A stretch of 64,000 bases of DNA, taken from Flavobacteriales bacterium (lineage in GTDB: Bacteria > Bacteroidota > Bacteroidia > Palsa-965). Position 1 is the stretch's first letter; every line of letters starts with the position of its first letter. Positions 57,634 to 64,000 of this stretch are shown one piece after another. A program made the translations under genes and the position numbers. The stretch spans positions 128,001-192,000 of the forward strand of contig JBEIPA010000004.1 of assembly GCA_040377305.1 (NCBI GenBank). The letters are read 5' to 3'. Under the pieces are notes generated by a model that ran no database searches, was not told the origin of the DNA, and saw only the letters and a program-made list of their open reading frames with translations.

Positions 57634-60600
57634 CTAAGGTCCCGTTACGAGTTGAACGAATCCGCTCATCGGATACGTTTTCGTATCGTAACCAATTGCT
57701 GTTACAACGTAGTAGTAAACGCCGTCTGTAGCAGGTTTGCCTTTGTCTTTTCCGTCCCAGAGATCAATCACCTGAGGTGCTGGTGCAAGTCCTGATTGTT
57801 CGCCGTTGTAAATCAACGTTCCCCAACGGTCAAACACTTCAACTTTGATATCGCTCACTCCGCTAACGGTAGCTGCAAACCAATCGTTTCTCGTATCGTT
57901 GTTCGGTGTGAACACGTTCGGAAGTGCCATTGTTGCTTCTTCAACTACAGTCACGTAAATCGTATCGTATACTGCACAACCCGGGCTGCTGTTGTATGCC
58001 ATCACAACTACTTCGTAAACTCCCGGAGCTCCATAGATATTCGTTGGCGCCTGTCCGTTGCCTGTGTTAGAATCTCCGAAAGTCCATGTCCAGTTTGTAA
58101 GTCCCGGTGATCCTGATGCACCGAAGTTCACCGTTAATGGATATGTACCGAAGTTAGGATCTGCCGAAGCGTTAACGAAAGCAGTATTCTGTGTAAACAC
58201 AGTTACGCCAGTAACACCTGAGCAACCGTTAGCATCCGTATAAGTTACAGTGTAGCTTCCCGGCGCAAGTCCTGTGATAGGCATTGTATATGTAGTGCTG
58301 CCAATCTGATACGTGAACGGCGCAACACCAGATACAATCTGATCCAGGTTAATTTGTCCTGATGTGTCTCCACACTCTGATGCAACGCTTACGAAAGAAA
58401 CGTTTGGATCAATGCTGTAAACATCTACACCAGCAAGTCCTGTACATCCATTAGCATCTGTATACGTAACAGCATACAAGCCGGGACCGATTCCTGTGAT
58501 AGGCATCGTAACCGGATTAGATCCGATGGAATAAGTAAACGGAGGTGTTCCTCCAATTGATCCAAAGAACTGAATGCCGCCTGTTGCGCCACCGCAAACA
58601 GAAGATGTGCTCGTGAATCCAACTTGTGGAACAGGGTTCACCACAATGGTAATTGATGCACTTGAAGTACATCCGTTAGCGTCTGTTCCTGTAACTGTGT
58701 AAGTTGTCGTGTTTGATGGAGTCGCCTGGTTGTTTGCTGCTGTCTGAGACTGAAGCGCAATGTTTGGCGTCCAAACGTAGCTCAATCCACCAACACCGTT
58801 GATCAGTGCTGTTTCACCAAGACAGATTGTGTCGTCTGGTGTACTTGCAGTAATGTTTGGCTGCTGGTTAACTGTAACGTTAATCGTGTCTGCAGAAATA
58901 CAACCGTTAGCAGCTATTACGTTAACTGTATAAGATGTGTTTCCTGTTGGAGCAGCAACAACCGACTGTGTGTTGGTTGCACCTATGATGCTTCCTGCAG
59001 GAGACCATGCATACGTTCCGCCCGCTACACCAACATTCAGTGTTACTTGAGTTCCACCGCAAACACTGAAGTCAGGACCTGCGTAAACTGATGGTGCCGG
59101 AGAAACGTTCACGATTACCGTGTCAGTAGTAATACAGTTGTTTGTGTTTCCTGTTACCACGTACGTTGTTGTGGTTGTCGGATTAACCGTAACAGAACTT
59201 CCTGTCATGTTGCCAGGGCTCCACGAATACGATGTTGCTCCTGAAACAGAAAGCGTTGCAATACCGCCTGCGCAGAATGTAGTATCACCTAATGCGGTAA
59301 TCGGTGGTGCGGTAGTAACCTGAACTAATACAGAATCAACTGCAGTACATCCGAAAAGGTTTGTGGCAGTTACCGTGTATGTTGTTGTTACTGTTGGTGT
59401 AGCTGTCGGGTTTGCAGTATTTGCGCCCGTGAGCGTACCCGAAGGTTGCCAGCTATACGTTTGACCTGGCTGACCAGATGCAACAAGAATCGTTGAGTTA
59501 CCGTTGCAGATGCTCACCGATGGGCTTGCGGTTACAACCGGCATTGAAATGTTTACTGTTACCATATCCGAATCAGAACATCCGTTCGCATCGGTTATAT
59601 AGAGTGTGTACGTTGTGGTTGATGGAGGACAAACGTTTACTGTTGATCCCGACAAGTTGCCCGGCATCCAGTTGTAAGTTACGCCACCCGATCCTGTGAG
59701 GTTAGTACAACCTCCGCTGCAAACTGAAGTATTTTGTCCAGCGTCAGCAACCGGCGATTGGTTCACGGTTACCTGTACTGGTGGGGAAACAGAACTTCCG
59801 CACCCCGACCCAGGCCATCCCGTACCTGTAACAATTGCATGATAGAAAAGCGATGATGAAAGTGGTCCGGTGTTGAGTGAGTCGTTGTTTGTTCCAACAT
59901 TGAACCACGTTACGGCATTGGTAGAAACCTGCCACTGAATTGTTCCGGCACTTTGTCCGGAAAGCACAACCCATGAAGATTGTCCTGAACAAAGTCCCGT
60001 TGGTGATGCTGTAGGAACACCGGCACTCGGCGGTGGTCCAATTGATACGCTTACTGTGTCGTCGTTAGAAGTGATAGTGAAGCAACCACCAGTTACTGTT
60101 ACAGTGTAAATCTGAACAGCAGGAGCAGTTTGCAACGTACAAATTGGGTTCGCAATATTGGGGTTACTCAGACCTACAGTAGGAGTCCATGAATATGTGA
60201 AAGTTGCACCAGGACATCCACCGGAAACGCTTGCGTCAAACTGGAAAAGATCGCCAGGACAACCAGAGTACTGAGGGTTTCCTGTTGAAAGGAGTTCAGA
60301 TGTAGTTGAAAGAATTGCCGAAGGAGGCAAGCCTGGAGTTGTGAAAGTAAAAGAAGCTGACCAAGGGCCCGGAGAGGTTGGGTTCTCGACGAGCTCGCGA
60401 ACGCGCCAGTAGTACTGCGTTCCAGGGCAGAGTTGGTTAAACGGAATAACGATTGGAAAATACGGCTCCACTACACAGTTTTCCGGTGCGGGTGGGTTGA
60501 GTAAACTGTGGTACCATGGGGCTGTTCCCCAAAGAGGGCTGCTTGGAACGGGAGATGCACCAGTGAATCCGTTAGGATCACAAGTTACTTCCACTTCCAT

Positions 60601-60798
60601 CCAATACGGTCCACAACCGCATGTTGCTGCGTCAGAGAAACCATTGATGGTTACGTCTGCCGGATTTACTGTTTGGGAGGGGCTAACAATTGTAACACCG
60701 TGACACGCATTCGCAGATTTAACTCCAGCGAAAAGCACCACTGTTGCAATGAAAATTGCCTTGATGAATCCCTTGTACTTCGTAGAAAATTGTTTCAT
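57634..60798 (-). CDS. T9SS type B (gliding-motility-associated CTD) protein with FN3-like head, Ig-like, SprB-like and PKD repeats
   Basis: Signal peptide ending ANA; C-terminal PNVFTPNNDTRND...VFDRWG...WDG...GVYYY; GGTPPFTYS repeats. Confidence 0.9.
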   Translation of the reverse strand: MKQFSTKYKGFIKAIFIATVVLFAGVKSANACHGVTIVSPSQTVNPADVTINGFSDAATCGCGPYWMEVEVTCDPNGFTGASPVPSSPLWGTAPWYHSLLNPPAPENCVVEPYFPIVIPFNQLCPGTQYYWRVRELVENPTSPGPWSASFTFTTPGLPPSAILSTTSELLSTGNPQYSGCPGDLFQFDASVSGGCPGATFTYSWTPTVGLSNPNIANPICTLQTAPAVQIYTVTVTGGCFTITSNDDTVSVSIGPPPSAGVPTASPTGLCSGQSSWVVLSGQSAGTIQWQVSTNAVTWFNVGTNNDSLNTGPLSSSLFYHAIVTGTGWPGSGCGSSVSPPVQVTVNQSPVADAGQNTSVCSGGCTNLTGSGGVTYNWMPGNLSGSTVNVCPPSTTTYTLYITDANGCSDSDMVTVNISMPVVTASPSVSICNGNSTILVASGQPGQTYSWQPSGTLTGANTANPTATPTVTTTYTVTATNLFGCTAVDSVLVQVTTAPPITALGDTTFCAGGIATLSVSGATSYSWSPGNMTGSSVTVNPTTTTTYVVTGNTNNCITTDTVIVNVSPAPSVYAGPDFSVCGGTQVTLNVGVAGGTYAWSPAGSIIGATNTQSVVAAPTGNTSYTVNVIAANGCISADTINVTVNQQPNITASTPDDTICLGETALINGVGGLSYVWTPNIALQSQTAANNQATPSNTTTYTVTGTDANGCTSSASITIVVNPVPQVGFTSTSSVCGGATGGIQFFGSIGGTPPFTYSIGSNPVTMPITGIGPGLYAVTYTDANGCTGLAGVDVYSIDPNVSFVSVASECGDTSGQINLDQIVSGVAPFTYQIGSTTYTMPITGLAPGSYTVTYTDANGCSGVTGVTVFTQNTAFVNASADPNFGTYPLTVNFGASGSPGLTNWTWTFGDSNTGNGQAPTNIYGAPGVYEVVVMAYNSSPGCAVYDTIYVTVVEEATMALPNVFTPNNDTRNDWFAATVSGVSDIKVEVFDRWGTLIYNGEQSGLAPAPQVIDLWDGKDKGKPATDGVYYYVVTAIGYDTKTYPMSGFVQLVTGP

Positions 60799-60982
60799 GT
60801 TCTAGTTAGGTTCTCGTTCCTGATACCGGCTTGCCGACCGTATTATGTACCGAATTGCAAATCTGCAAAAAAAATCGCAGATTTTGTTAACAAAACAGGC
60901 AAAAAATGCGGTCGGATTTCGCTTATGTTTTGGGTAATTTCGACCCGGTTATCACCCCCGATCCGCCGGTGCGGAGAATTGT

Positions 60983-63352
60983 ATGGCGAGAAAAAGCAAA
61001 AAAAGCGGCTCTTATGTGTTTGAGGACATTCTTAAACTGCTCGAAAATCATCCGGGCAAGGCCTGGAATTACAAACAGGTCGCCTCAGAACTCAGGATCC
61101 ATAGTCACGAAGATCGGGCTATGGTTCAGTTGCTGCTCGATGATCTCGTGAAGAAGGGACAGGTCGAAGAAGTAGATCGCGGCAAATTCAGGATAAAATC
61201 GGGGGATAAAATCGTTACGGGCATTCTCGACATGACCGCTTCCGGTGCTGCATATGTTAAAACGCCGGATCTGGAACAGGATGTTTTCATTGCTCCAAGA
61301 AATACGTTCGGAAGTTTTCATGGAGACACGGTAGCCGTTCAGCTGTTTCGTAAGCGAAAGCCAGGAGCTCAGGAGGAAGGTGAAGTAAAGCAGATCGTAA
61401 AGCGCGGCAGAACAGAATTTGTGGCAACACTCGAAGTTGAAAATCGTGTGGCTTTCGGAATTACTGACAATAAAAAATATCCGGACTTTATCATTCCCAA
61501 AGACAAAATCGGGAAAGCTAAAGACGGAGAGAAAGTGGTTGTGCGCTTCACAGATTGGGAAGATTATTCTGATTTACCTCGCGGGGAAGTGGCAGCTGTT
61601 CTTGGACAGCCTGGCGAGAATAACACCGAGATTCATGCGATTATGGTGGAATACGGATTACCGTATGAATTTCCACCCGACGTTGAGCGCGTTGCTTCTC
61701 TCATTCCAACCGAAATTACGAAGGAGGAAATTGCAAAGCGACGCGATTTCCGCTCGACGCTCACATTTACAATCGATCCATTTGATGCGAAAGATTTCGA
61801 TGATGCTTTGTCGATTAAGAAGCTGGACAATGGTCATTGGGAAATCGGCGTTCACATTGCCGATGTTTCACATTATCTGCATCCCGGAACATTGCTCGAC
61901 AAAGAGGCGATAATACGTGCAACTTCGGTTTACTTAGTTGATCGCGTTGTACCGATGTTGCCCGAAGTGCTGTCCAATTTTGTGTGCTCACTTCGTCCGA
62001 ATGAAGAGAAATTAACTTTCTCTGCTGTCTTTGAACTGGACGAAGAGGGAACTGTTCACTCCGAGTGGTTCGGAAGAACAGTAATCAATTCTGCGAGGAG
62101 ATTTACTTACGAAGATGTTCAGGAAATTCTCGAAGGAGCAGAAGGTGATCATAAAACTGAATTACACGTTCTCGATAAAATTGCGAAGCATTTACGTGCA
62201 GCGCGAATGGCAAAAGGATCACTCACATTTGATAAAGCCGAAGTGAAATTCAATCTCGACGAGAAAGGAAATCCTACGGGCGTTTATTTCAAGGTGATGA
62301 AAGATTCGAATCAGCTCATTGAGGATTTCATGTTGCTTGCGAATCGTCGCGTTGCCGAATACGTTGCACTCCAGCGCAAAGCTGGCGAAGCTCCGAAAAA
62401 ACAAACTGATAATCGTCGTCCGTTTGTTTATCGAATTCACGCCACGCCAAATCCGGATAAAATTTCAGAGTTCTCGAATTTCGTTGGCACTTTCGGCTAC
62501 AAGATAAATGCAGGAAGTGACGGAGCTATTGCTCAATCGCTCAACAAACTTCTGAAAGATGTTCAGGGAAAACCCGAACAGAGCATGATTGAAACACTTG
62601 CAATCCGTACAATGGCGAAAGCTATTTATTCAACCAACAACATTGGTCACTACGGATTAGGCTTTCAGTTTTATTCTCACTTCACATCACCAATTCGTCG
62701 TTACCCGGATGTACTTGCGCATCGGTTGCTGCAATTGTATCTCGATCGCGACGCTGGAAAAACCAAAGAGCTTCCTCCGGATGTTGAATCACTTGAAGAG
62801 GAGTGTAAACATTGTTCGGAGCGAGAAAAGCTCGCAGCAGAAGCAGAGCGCGCATCTATTAAGTACAAGCAGGTTCAGTTCTTACAGGATAAAATCGGAC
62901 AGATTTTCCCGGCACTGATTTCCGGTGTAACTGAGTTCGGATTGTTTGCTGAGCTTGAAGGCAACAAGTGCGAAGGAATGGTGCATGTACGCAATATGAA
63001 AGATGACCGTTATGTATTCGAAGCGGAAAGCTACCGTATGCGCGGAATACGAACTGGTCGTTTGTTTCAGCTTGGAGATAAAGTTCACGTACGTATTAAA
63101 TCTGCCGATTTGCTCAAGAAGCAAATTGATTTTGAGTTGGTAGATGGAGAGGGTGGAGAAGATCTCAAAAGGGAAACTGCCGCCGAGCGCAAAACTCGTT
63201 TCGATCGCGAAGAAGAAGAGGGAGGAAAATTTCATCCTACGAAACCGCAATTGTGGAATCCGGCAGGTGAACTAGGTACAGGCGGCGATCGCAAGCCAAA
63301 ACACCGCAGCAAAGACCAGCGCGACAACAAGGGAAAGAAAAAGAATCGTTGA
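60983..63352 (+). CDS. rnr: Ribonuclease R
   Basis: N-terminal HTH and cold-shock domains, TIDPFDAKDFDDA, HFTSPIRRYPD, S1 domain, basic tail. Confidence 0.97.
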   Translation: MARKSKKSGSYVFEDILKLLENHPGKAWNYKQVASELRIHSHEDRAMVQLLLDDLVKKGQVEEVDRGKFRIKSGDKIVTGILDMTASGAAYVKTPDLEQDVFIAPRNTFGSFHGDTVAVQLFRKRKPGAQEEGEVKQIVKRGRTEFVATLEVENRVAFGITDNKKYPDFIIPKDKIGKAKDGEKVVVRFTDWEDYSDLPRGEVAAVLGQPGENNTEIHAIMVEYGLPYEFPPDVERVASLIPTEITKEEIAKRRDFRSTLTFTIDPFDAKDFDDALSIKKLDNGHWEIGVHIADVSHYLHPGTLLDKEAIIRATSVYLVDRVVPMLPEVLSNFVCSLRPNEEKLTFSAVFELDEEGTVHSEWFGRTVINSARRFTYEDVQEILEGAEGDHKTELHVLDKIAKHLRAARMAKGSLTFDKAEVKFNLDEKGNPTGVYFKVMKDSNQLIEDFMLLANRRVAEYVALQRKAGEAPKKQTDNRRPFVYRIHATPNPDKISEFSNFVGTFGYKINAGSDGAIAQSLNKLLKDVQGKPEQSMIETLAIRTMAKAIYSTNNIGHYGLGFQFYSHFTSPIRRYPDVLAHRLLQLYLDRDAGKTKELPPDVESLEEECKHCSEREKLAAEAERASIKYKQVQFLQDKIGQIFPALISGVTEFGLFAELEGNKCEGMVHVRNMKDDRYVFEAESYRMRGIRTGRLFQLGDKVHVRIKSADLLKKQIDFELVDGEGGEDLKRETAAERKTRFDREEEEGGKFHPTKPQLWNPAGELGTGGDRKPKHRSKDQRDNKGKKKNR

Positions 63353-63418
63353 GTTTCATGTGATGTGATTGGGAAGTGTTCTATATTAGTTATGGCAACA
63401 CACTTTTTCCTGAATCAC

Positions 63419-64000
63419 ATGCGCAAACTTCTACTCTACTCCATTCTGTTTTCGTGCGGAACATCATTTGCACAATCTGCGCTTCCTGTAATTGAATGGG
63501 CGAATTACGCTACCGGAACACCCGGTGTAGCAACCTATTCCTATTCCTCGTGCTACGACAGAAACGGGAATTCATTTATACTGGGAGCTTTCAACAATCA
63601 ATCGGGAACGCTCGATATTGATCCTTCTGCCAACACATGTCTTCTGAACGACTATGTGGGTATGTTCATTGCGAAGTATGACCCAAACGGCTCTATGCTT
63701 TGGGGAAAGCAGATAGACATCACCACGCTTCAGATGCAATCAAGTGTAACGCCTAGAAATATTGCCTGTGATGATTCCGGAAATGTTTACATCACAGGTG
63801 CGCTCACCGATGTCAATGTAGATTTCGACATGGCGAACGCCTCGAATCCTGTTCTCACCACTGCGGGTGGTTTCGATTTATTCCTCGCGAAGTATTCTCC
63901 GGTGGGAAATCTTGTCTGGGCTTTTCTTCTTGGATCAACTGCACATGAAGAAGGTTTGAGTATGGTTTCTTACGGCGACAAACTATACATCGCCGGACAA
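63419..64000 (+). CDS. Secreted SBBP-type beta-propeller repeat protein, 3'-truncated by the window edge (absent from the ORF track)
   Basis: Manual translation: MRKLLLYSILFSCGTSFA-Q...FIAKYDPNGSMLW...DDSGNVYITG...DLFLAKYSPVGNLVW; open to the end. Alternative ATG at 63392. Confidence 0.85.
   Translation, partial: MRKLLLYSILFSCGTSFAQSALPVIEWANYATGTPGVATYSYSSCYDRNGNSFILGAFNNQSGTLDIDPSANTCLLNDYVGMFIAKYDPNGSMLWGKQIDITTLQMQSSVTPRNIACDDSGNVYITGALTDVNVDFDMANASNPVLTTAGGFDLFLAKYSPVGNLVWAFLLGSTAHEEGLSMVSYGDKLYIAGQ

Noticed and set aside
57427-57731. Short + strand ORFs (68 and 85 aa)
   Set aside because: Non-ATG starts, no recognisable motifs, and they cross a terminator.
60508-61151. ORFs 60508-61023 and 60906-61151
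   Set aside because: They overlap well-supported genes and have no protein-like features.

Overview
64-kb chromosomal segment of a Bacteroidota bacterium, probably an aerobic environmental lineage. Evidence: T9SS C-terminal sorting domains, TAnnTTTG-type -7 promoter boxes, signal peptides with Gln at +1, and a 14-gene complex I operon with a short NuoG. In order: two tandem BNR/PKD/Ig-repeat T9SS cargo paralogs, a GmhB-like phosphatase, a GT-C-like membrane protein, a lipoprotein plus WG-repeat protein pair, nuoA-N, and a dicarboxylate/amino acid symporter. Next come a His/Asp-rich leader ending WQPPK upstream of a CzcA-TolC fusion and its adaptor, DedA, and an exbB-exbD-exbD-exbD-tonB-orf-PstS-like-TPR operon (TPR gene split by a 1-nt frameshift). 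The last part holds a second GT-C-like gene, two collinear T9SS paralogs with different heads, a TMTC-like glycosyltransferase, a conserved helical protein, further T9SS cargo, rnr and a truncated beta-propeller gene. I saw no tRNA, rRNA, CRISPR array, IS or phage genes. Best candidates for undescribed biology: a putative metal-sensing arrest leader controlling a possibly cleaved RND-OMF polyprotein; the transporter-less Ton operon with three ExbDs; GT-C/TMTC genes interleaved with Thr-rich T9SS cargo; and a heptamer inverted repeat that encodes a lipoprotein signal peptide. All family calls come from motif recognition by eye, not database searches.
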